A DNA stretch of 40,349 bases, taken from Alistipes sp. (lineage in GTDB: Bacteria > Bacteroidota > Bacteroidia > Bacteroidales > Rikenellaceae). The notes under the pieces were generated by a model. The model saw only the letters and a list, made by a program, of their open reading frames with translations, had not been told where the DNA came from and searched no databases. The stretch spans positions 1-40,349 of the forward strand of contig JAFXHB010000083.1 of assembly GCA_017536605.1 (NCBI GenBank). The letters run 5' to 3'. Within the stretch, counting starts at the first letter, position 1. Each line of letters begins with the position of its first letter. A program made the translations under genes and the position numbers. Positions 1 to 9,924 of this stretch are shown one piece after another.

Positions 1-132
1 AAGTTGCATCGCTCCGAGCAGAATAGACTTTCCGGCACCCGTCTCGCCCGTAATGATATTGAGCGACGGAGCCCACTCTATTTCAAGGTGGTCTATAAGA
101 GCGTAGTTCTCAACCAAAAGACTCTTTAACAT
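1..132 (-). CDS. recN: DNA repair protein RecN, N-terminal fragment (runs off the window)
   Basis: Manual translation from ATG at 132: MLKSLLVENYALIDHLEIEWAPSLNIITGETGAGKSILLGAMQL, with the RecN Walker A motif (ITGETGAGKS); lies directly downstream of coaBC. Confidence 0.92.
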   Translation of the reverse strand, partial: MLKSLLVENYALIDHLEIEWAPSLNIITGETGAGKSILLGAMQL

Positions 133-134
133 AA

Positions 135-1328
135 CTATCTGTTGAGTAGTTTTTCTATGCGGTCAGCGATATGCTCGGCAACCTCACTCTTTGAGCAGAG
201 AGGTAACTCCTCCTGTGAGAAGGCATCTATGAGAGTAACCTTGTTGGTGTCGCAACCAAATCCTGCACCCTTATCGCGCAACGAGTTGAGAACAATCATA
301 TCCAAATTCTTCTCTCTCAACTTCTTCTCGGCGTTGGTCTTCTCATTTTCGGTTTCAAGGGCAAAGCCTACAACTACGCGGTTGCCCTTCTTCGCGCCAA
401 CCTCGCGTGCAATATCGTGTGTTTTGCGAAGTGTAAGGGTGATTGTATCATCACTCTTTTTCATCTTCTCGCTACTAACCTCTACGGGGGTGTAGTCTGC
501 CACCGCAGCGCACATTACAGCGCAATCCACCTCCTCAAAGCGGGCGAGCGTTGCCTGATACATCTCCTCTGCCGAGCAGACATCTACGCGCTCCACATTC
601 TGTGGTGTAGGCAGTGCGCTCTTACCGCTGATAAGGGTAACCTTTGCGCCTCGCTTGGCGAGAGTGTCGGCTATGGCATAGCCCATCTTGCCCGTAGAGT
701 GGTTTGAGATGTAGCGCACAGGGTCTATCGCCTCGCAGGTTGCACCCGCAGTTATCAAGAAGCGTCTGCCCGCAAGGCTCTGCTTCGCCGAGAGCAGGTT
801 GTCAATCTCTCTAACGATAGCCTCCGGCTCTGCCATTCTTCCCTTGCCCGAAAGACCGCTTGCCAACTCTCCCTCCGGCGACTCCAAGATAACGACGCCG
901 CGCTTGCGGAGTATATCAAGGTTTTCGGTGGTCGTAGGGTGGGCAAACATATCGCAGTCCATAGCGGGTGCTACGACCGTTTGGCAACGAGCCGAGAGGT
1001 AGGTCGTGAGCAGGAGATTGTCGGCAATGCCATACGCCATCTTGGCAATGGTATTTGCCGTGGCAGGGGCTATGAGGTAGCAGTCTGCCCACTCTCCCAT
1101 TGCAATATGGGAGTGCCAATCGCCATTCTCCGGATTGTAGAACTCTACGGCAATAGGGTTCTTCGAGAGGGTTGCCATCGTAACGGGTGTGATAAACTCC
1201 TTGGCTGTCGGTGTCATCACGACTTTGACTTCGGCACCTGCAACGCGCAAAAGACGACAAAGCATAGCCGCCTTATATGCTGCTATGCTGCCGGTTATGC
1301 CCAATAGAATATGTTTACCTTTTAACAT
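135..1328 (-). CDS. coaBC: Bifunctional phosphopantothenoylcysteine decarboxylase/ligase
   Basis: GITGSIAAYKA, APATANTIAK, APAM, GKGRMAEP, TAG..E.IDPVRYISNHSTGKMG, AAVADY and GFALET motifs. Confidence 0.97.
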   Translation of the reverse strand: MLKGKHILLGITGSIAAYKAAMLCRLLRVAGAEVKVVMTPTAKEFITPVTMATLSKNPIAVEFYNPENGDWHSHIAMGEWADCYLIAPATANTIAKMAYGIADNLLLTTYLSARCQTVVAPAMDCDMFAHPTTTENLDILRKRGVVILESPEGELASGLSGKGRMAEPEAIVREIDNLLSAKQSLAGRRFLITAGATCEAIDPVRYISNHSTGKMGYAIADTLAKRGAKVTLISGKSALPTPQNVERVDVCSAEEMYQATLARFEEVDCAVMCAAVADYTPVEVSSEKMKKSDDTITLTLRKTHDIAREVGAKKGNRVVVGFALETENEKTNAEKKLREKNLDMIVLNSLRDKGAGFGCDTNKVTLIDAFSQEELPLCSKSEVAEHIADRIEKLLNR

Positions 1329-1340
1329 CTTCTTGAAAAA

Positions 1341-1372
1341 GCTAACGGCTAATGGCTAATGGCCAATAGCCT
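1341..1372. repeat. Short heptamer tandem repeat (GCTAATG)n
   Basis: gctaacg gctaatg gctaatg gccaata gcct, between rpoZ and coaBC. Confidence 0.75.
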
Positions 1373-1379
1373 AAAAGTT

Positions 1380-1694
1380 TTACTCCTTGCCGTCGCGGAA
1401 GTAAACCTCATCGTCGAGGAACTCCTCGGTTGCGATGATGGTTGGCTTCGGAAGACGCTCGTAGTAGCGCGAAATCTCAATCTGCTCGCGGTTCTCAAAG
1501 GTCTCCTCCATAGTGTCGGTAGGCGACGAGAACTCGTTGAGTTTGTTTTTGAGTTCGCTCTTCAAGTCTGCCGCAATCTGGTTGGCACGACGAGCGATTA
1601 CGTTGATACTCTTATAGACGTTGCCAGTCTCGTGGTCGAAGTCGGCAAGTTTGCGAGTAACGGTGTTGTTCGGAATGTTCTTCTTAATTTCCAT
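1380..1694 (-). CDS. rpoZ: RNA polymerase omega subunit (Bacteroidota type)
   Basis: TGNVYKSINVIARRANQI and FENREQIEISRYYERLPKPT; typical bamD-rpoZ-coaBC order. Confidence 0.9.
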   Translation of the reverse strand: MEIKKNIPNNTVTRKLADFDHETGNVYKSINVIARRANQIAADLKSELKNKLNEFSSPTDTMEETFENREQIEISRYYERLPKPTIIATEEFLDDEVYFRDGKE

Positions 1695-2589
1695 TGTTCT
1701 TATTGTTATTTGCTATGTTGTTCTTATCCAAAAAATCTTTTGCCTCCTTGGTGTATCGCTCCAACTCCTTGCGATACTTTGACTCCGGAAATTCGTTAAT
1801 CAACGAGTAGTAGGAGTCCAGCACATTCAGGTATCGCTCCGCCTGCTTGGACTCAATCGAGTTGTGAGCAAGGCGATACTGCGAAGCGGCGATATGGTAG
1901 AGAATCTCCTCGCGGTACGGCGTGTCGGGGAACTGCTTCAAGGCGTTGCGGAATGCCACCACAGCCGACTTGTATCGCTGAATCTTGTAGTAGGTGTAGG
2001 CGTTGATATACGCCTTCTCCAACAATCGTCCGTGAAGTTCCTCTATCAACTTGGAGAATGCCTCCACGCGCTTGGAGTTCGGATAACGCTCAATAAACTC
2101 CGTAAAGGCGATAATCGCCTGCGTGGTGATTGTCTGGTCGCGAGATGGACCCGGTGCGAGGTAGTAACTACACATCGCCAACATCGCCTCTGCATCCTCC
2201 AAGAAGATACTGCGTCCGAACTTGCGGCGGAAATCTTCAAGTTGCAGGGTGGCATCGGCGTAGTTGCGGTTCTTGAATTTGCTTCGTGCCGCAAAGAAGG
2301 CGATAGAGTCCTCACGCTCGCTACCTACGTAGTAGCCTCTACAAGCGTCAAAGAGATCCGATGCCTTTCTCCACTTATCGATATTGTAGAACTCCAAGCC
2401 CTTTGAGTACATCAGTTGAGGGTCGCCACTCTTGATGATGCGATGTACACCCTTAATCTCCTTGTTTGACTCGGTGTTGCTCTTCTGCTCCCGCTTTGGC
2501 TGTGAAGATACCACCTCACCAAACGAATGGAGGGGGCACACCAAGAGTGCTACCACCGCAACGAGGAGTATTTTGTGAACTCTTTTCAT
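1684..2589 (-). CDS. bamD: Outer-membrane protein assembly factor BamD (TPR)
   Basis: TPR helices, DQTIT.QAI..F.EFI..YPNS and Y.SAVVAF.N.L..FPDT motifs; likely start MKRVHK at 2589, downstream of a promoter. Confidence 0.88.
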   Translation of the reverse strand: MKRVHKILLVAVVALLVCPLHSFGEVVSSQPKREQKSNTESNKEIKGVHRIIKSGDPQLMYSKGLEFYNIDKWRKASDLFDACRGYYVGSEREDSIAFFAARSKFKNRNYADATLQLEDFRRKFGRSIFLEDAEAMLAMCSYYLAPGPSRDQTITTQAIIAFTEFIERYPNSKRVEAFSKLIEELHGRLLEKAYINAYTYYKIQRYKSAVVAFRNALKQFPDTPYREEILYHIAASQYRLAHNSIESKQAERYLNVLDSYYSLINEFPESKYRKELERYTKEAKDFLDKNNIANNNKNNGN

Positions 2590-2637
2590 ATCGGACGTTC
2601 TCCTATTCTTGTGCGCGCGTATGCGTGCTAAATCGTG

Positions 2638-2669
2638 CAAAGTTATAATGAATTAACGAATTTGCCAAA
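2638..2669 (-). promoter_or_regulatory. Bacteroidota sigmaA-type promoter for bamD-rpoZ-coaBC-recN
   Basis: Minus strand TTTG (2669-2666), 20-nt spacer, TAACTTTG (2645-2638); matches TTTG-N19-21-TAnnTTTG. Confidence 0.7.
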
Positions 2670-2693
2670 ATTCTGCCCCCTTTATTGCAAAAT

Positions 2694-3704
2694 TTAGCGC
2701 AAAACACCCTTTTTGACCAACCACTCGGCTATCTGTACCGCATTTAAGGCTGCACCCTTCTTGATTTGGTCGGCTACACACCAGAACGACAATCCGTTGT
2801 CGTTGGTTATATCCTTGCGGATACGTCCCACATAGACAGGCTCTTTGTGGGCGATGAAGAGTGGCATCGGGTACTCCTTCTCGGCGGGATTATCCACTAC
2901 GATAACACCCTCCGCCTCGGCAAACGCCTTGGTCGCCTCCTCAACGGATATTGGTCGCTCGGTCTCCACCCAGATACTCTCGGAGTGGGCTCGCATAACG
3001 GGTACTCGCACGCAGGTTGCCGACACGGCGATATCGGAGTGCATAATTTTGCGTGTCTCGTTGTGCATCTTCATCTCCTCCTTCGTATAGCCGTTGTCGG
3101 TAAAGATGTCAATATGCGGAATGACATTGAAGGCGAGTTGATAGGCGAACTTCTCCACCTTTGCCTCCTCACCCTTTGCGATAGAGGCGTGTTGTGCCTC
3201 CAACTCCGCCATCGCTTGCGCACCCGCCCCACTTGCCGATTGGTAGGTCGAAACGTGTACACGCTTGATGTGTGAGAGTTTCTCTATGGCGTTGAGTGCC
3301 ACGACCATCTGTATCGTTGTGCAGTTCGGGTTGGCGATAATGCGACGTGGTGCGTTGAGGGCATCTTCCGCATTTACCTCCGGTACCACCAACGGCACAT
3401 CGCTATCCATTCTGAAACAACTCGAATTGTCAATCATAAGTGTTCCGTGCTTGGTGATGGTCTCGGCAAACTCCTTTGAGATGCTGCCTCCCGCCGACAC
3501 CAATGCAAGGTCTATATCCTTGAAGTCGTCGTTATGCTTCAACTCCTTGATTATAATCTCTTTACCTCTGAATGTTCGGGTCTGTCCCGCACTGCGTGCC
3601 GAGCCGAATAGTACCAACTCGTCAATCGGGAAATTATGCTCATCAAGGATTCTTAAAAACTCCTGACCTACGGCGCCACTTGCGCCAACAACTGCAACTT
3701 TCAT
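2694..3704 (-). CDS. asd: Aspartate-semialdehyde dehydrogenase
   Basis: [11 protein letters not shown] Rossmann motif, IANPNCTT catalytic Cys, [31 protein letters not shown]. Confidence 0.97.
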   Translation of the reverse strand: MKVAVVGASGAVGQEFLRILDEHNFPIDELVLFGSARSAGQTRTFRGKEIIIKELKHNDDFKDIDLALVSAGGSISKEFAETITKHGTLMIDNSSCFRMDSDVPLVVPEVNAEDALNAPRRIIANPNCTTIQMVVALNAIEKLSHIKRVHVSTYQSASGAGAQAMAELEAQHASIAKGEEAKVEKFAYQLAFNVIPHIDIFTDNGYTKEEMKMHNETRKIMHSDIAVSATCVRVPVMRAHSESIWVETERPISVEEATKAFAEAEGVIVVDNPAEKEYPMPLFIAHKEPVYVGRIRKDITNDNGLSFWCVADQIKKGAALNAVQIAEWLVKKGVLR

Positions 3705-3717
3705 AATTTTGTGTTAT

Positions 3718-3970
3718 CTGTATGTTGTTACTATTTTGTTATCTCTTCATTTCAAACTTAACGATTGCGTCAGGGCTGAATTATGAAAATTATTCAGTTT
3801 TGACATTCCCTCCAAACCTCCCTTTGACCTTCGGTCTTCCTTCTTCGCGACTCGGCATAGTGTGCAAGCACTCTCTGCTCTCATCTTGTCGGCGGTTGAA
3901 AAAGGGCGGCTTGTCGCTACGCTCCGTTAAATTTGCTACCTGTATGTTATTACTATTTCGTTGTCTTTCA
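3718..3970. repeat. Palindromic MITE/REP-like element with terminal inverted repeats, flanked by imperfect ~31-bp direct repeats
   Basis: Direct repeats ctgtatgttgttactattttgttatctcttca (3718-3749) and ctgtatgttattactatttcgttgtctttca (3940-3970); inverted repeats caaacttaacg (3753-3763) and cgttaaatttg (3925-3935). Confidence 0.6.
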
Positions 3971-3972
3971 AA

Positions 3973-3998
3973 AGGCTATTAGCCATTAGCCATTAGCC
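3973..3998. repeat. Short heptamer tandem repeat (GCCATTA)n
   Basis: aggctattagccattagccattagcc; reverse complement of the 1347-1372 copy with one mismatch. Confidence 0.75.
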
Positions 3999-4015
3999 TT
4001 TTTTAATTGTCAATT

Positions 4016-6442
4016 TTACTCAAAAAATTCGTCTTTGAGTAAAGCGGCCTCCGAAGCGGGGCTCTCGGCATCTTCGCACTCCGCCTCAACCCAATGTGTA
4101 GGGCGGGTGAATTTGTCGGTAGGCTTCACGTTTAGGCTCTCGTCTTTGTGTACTCGGCGCAGAAAGTCGCCCACGATAGGGAGTGCCATAACCGAGCCTT
4201 CGGCGCGACGTGTGAGGTGAATAGATTGGTCCTCGCCTCCTACCCAAGCACCCGCTACGAGTTTCGGGGTGATACACATAAACCACGCATCGCGGTTTTC
4301 GTTTGTTGTACCGGTCTTGCCTGCGACCTCGACATTCTCCATACCGTAGCCCCAGACAAGTCGGCGACCTGTACCTTTGCGGATAACCCCCTTCATCATC
4401 TCAATCATCGTATATGCCGACTCCTTGCTTATGGCATCTTGCGAGGAACTCGTGAATGAGGAGATTATATTTCCTTGCTTATCCTCAATATGCGTAACAA
4501 AGATAGGCGAGGTATAGACACCCTCATTGGCGAAGGTTGAGTACGCGCTGACCATCTCATAGACGTTTGATTCAAACGAGCCGACGCAGAGGGCATATAC
4601 AGGGTCAATAAAACTCATAATGCCCATATTGTGGATAAAATCGGCAACCGCCTGTGGCTGCTTCGCCTGCTTCATAACCCACGCCGAGTAGTTGTTACGT
4701 GAGTGAGCCAAGCCCCAACGCAGAGGGTGCAACACTCCGTCGTACTCAACATTGCCCGACTCCTTGGGCGACCACGCAGCACCCACCGCCGTCTCAATCG
4801 TTACGGGGAGGTTTGGCACCATCGTGCAAGGTGTAAGTCCGAGGTGGTCAATAGCAAAGGTATAGACGAAAGGCTTGATTGTAGAGCCGACCTGTCGCTT
4901 GCCCTGCTTCGCCATATCGTACTTGAAGTATTGGAACGAAGGACCGCCCACATAGGCTTTAAGATGTCCCGTTTGTGGTTCCATTGCAACAAATGCTGCA
5001 CGCATAATTCGCTTATGGTGGAGTATCGAGTCGCGAGGTGTGAGCAGGGTGTCGCGCTCGCCATTGAAGGTAAAGACCTTCATATCGCACCTCTTGTAGA
5101 AGGAGGCGTAGATCTCCTTGTCGGAGATGCCCGCCTGCTTCATATTGTAGAAGCGGTCCGACTGGCGCATTGCTCGCTTGATGATAGCCTCTTCCTCCTC
5201 TTTGGTGAGGTTTTGGAAGAGTTTTTTGGTCTCCCTCACCTGTCTGTCCATTGCAGGCTGAATGGTGGTCTGCAACTGTTTCTGTACGGAGGCCTCCGCA
5301 TACTCCTGCATCGTAGGGTTTATCGTGGTATATATCTTCAAGCCGTCGCGGTAGATGTCGTATGGCGAGCCATCTGCCTTACGATTCTTGTGGCACCAGC
5401 CGATAATCGGATTCTCGTCATACTCCTTGCACGCCTGCTCGTAGTCCCACGTCGTGTAGAAGTTGCGACGCTTCGGACGCTTGGCATTCATCGTCAGTCG
5501 CAACATCTCGCGGAAGTAGGTGGCACGACCGTAGTTGTGCGAGATTGGCTGATAGTTCAGTACGATAGGTAGTGCAGAGAGCGAGTCGCACTCCTCCTTG
5601 GTGATACCTCCTGCGGTCTGGATACGTCGCAGTACGGTGTTGCGACGTTTTAGTGCATTCTCCGGATTTCGTCGTGGCGAGTAGCGTGTCGGCGCATTTA
5701 CAACACCAACCAATACGGCTGCCTCTTGGAGGTTTAACTCGGAAGGTGTCTTGCCGAAGAAGGTTGCTGCCGCCGACTTGATGCCATAGGCATTCGAGCC
5801 ATACTCAACGGTGTTGAGATACATCGCCACAATCTCCTCCTTGGTATAGTTGCGTTCAAGTTTGATGGCGGTAACCCACTCCTTGAACTTTGCGATAACA
5901 AGTTTCAGAGTCCGCACAATTTTATTATCATCGCGCTCCCCGCGAGGGAAGAGGTTCTTCGCCAACTGTTGTGTGATGGTGCTACCTCCACCCTGCGAAC
6001 TATGTTGCAGAACGATGGTCTTTACAGCCACACGTGCCAGCGATGGTATATCGACACCCGAATGGGAGTAGAAGCGGGAGTCCTCTGTCGCAATAAGGGC
6101 AGCAGCCAAAGGCGGCACCTCTCTGCCCGATATGGTTATCAGTTTGGTAGAGTCTATCCGTTTTGTGGAGTCCCGAGGAAAGAGGTCGGCATACTGCACA
6201 TAGGAGCGATTCTGAACAAAGAAACTGCCGATAATCTCTCCGTTGTCGCCATATATCTCGGTTGCCAGATTGCTCTTTGGATTCTCCAACTCCTCAAACG
6301 ACGGCATTCGTCCGAATACGCCACTTGCCGCCAATATCAGCATTAAGCCCAAGAGAACAAACGGGGTGATGAAGAGAACCCATAACCACGTGATAAATCT
6401 TTTGCTCCAACTCTTTTTGCTCTTTTTTGAACCCTTCTTCAT
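4016..6442 (-). CDS. Class A penicillin-binding protein 1A (transglycosylase/transpeptidase)
   Basis: N-terminal TM anchor; GT51 motifs EDSRFYSH and GGSTITQQLAKNL; transpeptidase SxxK (GSTIKP), SxN (SRN) and KTG motifs. Confidence 0.95.
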   Translation of the reverse strand: MKKGSKKSKKSWSKRFITWLWVLFITPFVLLGLMLILAASGVFGRMPSFEELENPKSNLATEIYGDNGEIIGSFFVQNRSYVQYADLFPRDSTKRIDSTKLITISGREVPPLAAALIATEDSRFYSHSGVDIPSLARVAVKTIVLQHSSQGGGSTITQQLAKNLFPRGERDDNKIVRTLKLVIAKFKEWVTAIKLERNYTKEEIVAMYLNTVEYGSNAYGIKSAAATFFGKTPSELNLQEAAVLVGVVNAPTRYSPRRNPENALKRRNTVLRRIQTAGGITKEECDSLSALPIVLNYQPISHNYGRATYFREMLRLTMNAKRPKRRNFYTTWDYEQACKEYDENPIIGWCHKNRKADGSPYDIYRDGLKIYTTINPTMQEYAEASVQKQLQTTIQPAMDRQVRETKKLFQNLTKEEEEAIIKRAMRQSDRFYNMKQAGISDKEIYASFYKRCDMKVFTFNGERDTLLTPRDSILHHKRIMRAAFVAMEPQTGHLKAYVGGPSFQYFKYDMAKQGKRQVGSTIKPFVYTFAIDHLGLTPCTMVPNLPVTIETAVGAAWSPKESGNVEYDGVLHPLRWGLAHSRNNYSAWVMKQAKQPQAVADFIHNMGIMSFIDPVYALCVGSFESNVYEMVSAYSTFANEGVYTSPIFVTHIEDKQGNIISSFTSSSQDAISKESAYTMIEMMKGVIRKGTGRRLVWGYGMENVEVAGKTGTTNENRDAWFMCITPKLVAGAWVGGEDQSIHLTRRAEGSVMALPIVGDFLRRVHKDESLNVKPTDKFTRPTHWVEAECEDAESPASEAALLKDEFFE

Positions 6443-6456
6443 AGTTTTCAATTCTG

Positions 6457-9400
6457 TTAAAACGGTAATCCCATACCTGCCGAGACAAATACGCCTCTCT
6501 TGCCGTGTGGCTTATAGATGGAGAGTGTAAGCGATGTTGTTCCCGAGGCGGGCATACGGAATAGGTTAAAGTCTATTGAGAGATCTCCACCGTAGGCGAA
6601 GATATGTTTGCGATTTTTGAATGTTTGGAGGTTTGTGCCGTTATTTACCTCGCCAAGCAGGAGGTTGTCAAACGAGGCGTAGTCGAAACCGAGGTTGAGT
6701 CGTACTCGTTTGAAGTAGATGATTGAGCCGATACCACCCTCCGGACACCATATCGGCATCGCGTAGTTGAGCGAGGTGGCCACATAGTTATGATTTGCAA
6801 TCTCCGAGGTGTAGAAGCCACGCGGTACCAAACGTCCGGAGTGGAACGCGAGGTTGGAGAGGGCATTCTCCGCCTTGAAGCCTCCGAGCGAGGTTTGATA
6901 TACCCCCGCAATGGAGAGCGAGTGGTGCTTCATAAAGCCGGGGAAGTAGGCCTTTCCATAGGCGGAGATAAGGTGCGAGAAGTTGTTGTCGGCAGGGTTG
7001 AGCGCGTAGTTGAGCGACAGCACCTGTCCCCACTTTGGCAGGAAGTCCTTGTGGGCCAACTGCACCATATCCTGATAGCCAATACCGAATTGCAGGAGGT
7101 GCAAACCCTCCTTATAGCCAATCTTGGCGAGGTTTGATACCTTGCCACTCGTAAGATCAAGGTTGAGGTTGTCAAGTTTGGCAACCAAGCCGTTAGAGTA
7201 GTCGTAGCGTGCCGTGAATTGCGCATAACGGGTGTGGTAACCCGCTTGGAAGTAGAGAGGCAACGAGGCTGCTACGCCGACGTTGTAGTATTTGCCCTGT
7301 TTAGGTACTTCGTTTATTACAAGTTCCTGTTTGCCTGTTATAGGGTTTGTTATATACTCCGCCTTCTCGCCCGGAAGAATCAGAACATAGTCCTGCTTGA
7401 TTGGGTCGTAGAGGTAGGTGTAAGCCGAGTATAGTTGTTGTGTACCTCCATAGGTGGCGTGAATACTTAAATTGAGTCCTAAACCATAGTAGCGGAACGA
7501 GCCTTTGAAGATATGCCCCTCCTTGGCATTCCAACCCCAACTTGCGAAGCCGTCGGCGGTAGAGAGGAGGTTTTGCGACATTACCGTAACACCGAGGTTG
7601 AAGTCCAAAGCACCCTCCTCCGATAGTGCAAACGGGTCGTACGAAACGGGAGCCCACGAGTGGATATTGAAGAGGTGGGCGGCACCCGAATATCTGCGAT
7701 TGCGCAGCCTCTGTGTGTTGGCAGCGGCTCGCTGCATTGAGTCCACACCCACGAAGCGTACGGTGTCAAGGTTTATATTGTTCCACTGCTTACGTTGTGG
7801 ATTGACGACGTTACGTGGCAGGCGTGAAGGGAGTACCGTCGGCAGGGTATCGCGGTCTATGCTCTGCTTGGCGAGGTGGTATCCATATCGGTCGTAGGTG
7901 GTCATCAGCACCTTGCCACTATCGGCAGGCATAGGTGAGAATGAGCCATACTTTGAGGTTGAGATGCGCTTCTCCTCGTTTGTGCGGAGGTCGTAGCAGT
8001 GTACCTCGTCGTAGCCCGACTCTATGGAGCCGAAGTAGAGAACGCCATCTTTGGCACGAAGGTCGCTGATGGTGATATATGCCCCCTGTGTGATATGTTC
8101 AATGTCGTGATTTCTGCCTACGCGACCTATCCACATACCGCTGTCGTCCGTTGCGATAAAGTATAGGGCGTTGGTGTAGTTGTCGTATGCCAAGCCGTGA
8201 ATCTCAATATCGGAGGAGATTTTAATACGCAGATACTCCTCCTCGTGGCGAGGCTTCGGATTGCCGCGCACGATGTTGTACTCTCCATTCGGGAAATACT
8301 CCACCCACGCCAACTCGTGTTCGCTGATGGCGGTAGGGTAGAGGGCTCTACGCAAACGATTTATGGTGCGGGTGCGACCTCGCTCCAAGTCCATATAGCA
8401 CAACTTGGAGTTTACGCGCTCGGCAAAGAGAGTGCTGCGGCGATACTCGGTCCACCAAACCTTGTTGCCTACGACCTCGCTTGGGCGCGAAGATACGACA
8501 CCCGTATAGGCAAGATGTCTTGTCGTGCCATCGTCAAGGTCGGTTACCACAAATGCCGAATGGCGGTCAAGGGTTTGACACAACGAAAGCACCTGCCCCT
8601 CGCCATAGGGTTGTGGATAGCGGTGTTGTGTGAAGCCCTTTGTAGAGGTTGTGGAGATGCGTGTAGAGGAGTCCTCTCGCTCCGGAAGGGTGCGCCAATA
8701 GTCGTTCAGGTCGGCAAAGGTCTCTCGCACGAGTTTTGTCGTGGAGGTGTTGTAGTAACGCTTCATCGCCACCGCAGTAGTTGCGAAGACGTAAGGGTTG
8801 CGCACCGCATAGCGCACTATGTTGTTCCAGATATTTTCGTTGTATTTGGTGTTGGCGTAGGTGGTAATCTGGTAGCCCAAGCGGTAGTGGTCGGGGATAA
8901 ACTCGCGATATGAGCCACAGAACCACTTGTCAATGTTGCGTCGCTCCTTCGTAAAGTCGCCTACGGCACGATAGTGCATCGTGAAACTTGGTTGCAGGGC
9001 GCGTCCGAATGATGACATAGAGGTCTCGGAGAGTACAGCATCGCCCTCCAAACCCCACAGAGGCATAAAGAGAAGTCCTATGGTAGAACTCTGCTCGCCG
9101 AGGATGTAACTAAAAACGCGCACTACGCCTCGGTTTAGGTTGTTATACTGCACGGCGTGGCGATACTCGTGAGCCGCCAACTGTTTAAGCCAAGGCATAG
9201 AGTAACTATCTATCGAGGGGGAGGAGAGTATCTCGACACGCTTCGGAAGCCATATCACAAGTCCGTTTGACGAGAAGTTTTCGGGGTGGATTATGAACGG
9301 AATCTTCATCGGTCCGTGTCTAAAACCAAATCCGATATCGGGCTTGATACTCTGCGTGTAGTACATCATCTTGTAGCCGATGGTGCGAGCCGTATCGGGG

Positions 9401-9546
9401 TAGATAATGTTAATCTTGTCCCCTTTGAGTTTGTTCCAGCGCATATATGTCGGGTCTGCGCCCCACGAGTAATACTGCGCGGACGCTGTGCGTGCGCACG
9501 CGATGAGCGCGCACAAAACGACAATATATCGCCAAACATTCTTCAT
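6457..9546 (-). CDS. Large outer-membrane protein: putative zinc-peptidase-like N-domain, TolB-like propeller and C-terminal beta-barrel
   Basis: Signal peptide ending ASA-Q; AHEYRH plus downstream EGDA; propeller-like repeats; amphipathic strands and terminal Phe (GMGLPF). Confidence 0.6.
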   Translation of the reverse strand: MKNVWRYIVVLCALIACARTASAQYYSWGADPTYMRWNKLKGDKINIIYPDTARTIGYKMMYYTQSIKPDIGFGFRHGPMKIPFIIHPENFSSNGLVIWLPKRVEILSSPSIDSYSMPWLKQLAAHEYRHAVQYNNLNRGVVRVFSYILGEQSSTIGLLFMPLWGLEGDAVLSETSMSSFGRALQPSFTMHYRAVGDFTKERRNIDKWFCGSYREFIPDHYRLGYQITTYANTKYNENIWNNIVRYAVRNPYVFATTAVAMKRYYNTSTTKLVRETFADLNDYWRTLPEREDSSTRISTTSTKGFTQHRYPQPYGEGQVLSLCQTLDRHSAFVVTDLDDGTTRHLAYTGVVSSRPSEVVGNKVWWTEYRRSTLFAERVNSKLCYMDLERGRTRTINRLRRALYPTAISEHELAWVEYFPNGEYNIVRGNPKPRHEEEYLRIKISSDIEIHGLAYDNYTNALYFIATDDSGMWIGRVGRNHDIEHITQGAYITISDLRAKDGVLYFGSIESGYDEVHCYDLRTNEEKRISTSKYGSFSPMPADSGKVLMTTYDRYGYHLAKQSIDRDTLPTVLPSRLPRNVVNPQRKQWNNINLDTVRFVGVDSMQRAAANTQRLRNRRYSGAAHLFNIHSWAPVSYDPFALSEEGALDFNLGVTVMSQNLLSTADGFASWGWNAKEGHIFKGSFRYYGLGLNLSIHATYGGTQQLYSAYTYLYDPIKQDYVLILPGEKAEYITNPITGKQELVINEVPKQGKYYNVGVAASLPLYFQAGYHTRYAQFTARYDYSNGLVAKLDNLNLDLTSGKVSNLAKIGYKEGLHLLQFGIGYQDMVQLAHKDFLPKWGQVLSLNYALNPADNNFSHLISAYGKAYFPGFMKHHSLSIAGVYQTSLGGFKAENALSNLAFHSGRLVPRGFYTSEIANHNYVATSLNYAMPIWCPEGGIGSIIYFKRVRLNLGFDYASFDNLLLGEVNNGTNLQTFKNRKHIFAYGGDLSIDFNLFRMPASGTTSLTLSIYKPHGKRGVFVSAGMGLPF

Positions 9547-9561
9547 CTGTTGTGGTCTGAT

Positions 9562-9897
9562 TTACACCTTCTTACACTTATAGCCAGCGTTGAGAAGCAA
9601 CGAGGTTACGTGCTCCCGATGGTCGCCCTGAATTATCACCTCGCCATCTTTTGTGCTTCCACCTACGCCACAGCCTCGTTTGAGCATACGCCCCAACTCC
9701 GCAAGGTCATCACCCGTACCCACGAAGCCACGCACGATGGTTACAACCTTTCCGCCTCGCCCCTTTGAGTCGCGCCAGACGCGCAAGTCTTGCTGCGACG
9801 GTGGTAGTGTAGCCTCCTCAACCTTCTCGTCGTAGTTGTATTCAAAGTCGGGATTTGTTGAATAGACCATTCCGAGACGCTCTTTCCAATCAGCCAT
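9562..9897 (-). CDS. SUI1/YciH translation initiation factor homologue
   Basis: GMVYSTNPDF, GRGGKVVT, LKRGCGVGGSTKDGEVIIQGDHR. Confidence 0.92.
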   Translation of the reverse strand: MADWKERLGMVYSTNPDFEYNYDEKVEEATLPPSQQDLRVWRDSKGRGGKVVTIVRGFVGTGDDLAELGRMLKRGCGVGGSTKDGEVIIQGDHREHVTSLLLNAGYKCKKV

Positions 9898-9924
9898 AAG
9901 TTCACATTTCTCCAATTAACGATG

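Noticed and set aside
3718-3970. CRISPR mini-array (two ~31-bp repeats)
   Set aside because: Only two imperfect copies, a 190-bp interval and no cas genes.
3722-3982. 86-aa ORF in the asd-PBP intergenic region
   Set aside because: Spans the palindromic repeat element and has no protein-like features.
4703-5572. Long antisense ORFs (also 25285-26034, 26590-27408, 8197-8913)
   Set aside because: Fully overlap well-supported genes on the opposite strand; expected from codon bias.
6137-6172. 18-bp imperfect tandem duplication in the PBP gene (DSTKRI/DSTKLI)
   Set aside because: In-frame, diverged loop duplication with no sign of phase variation.
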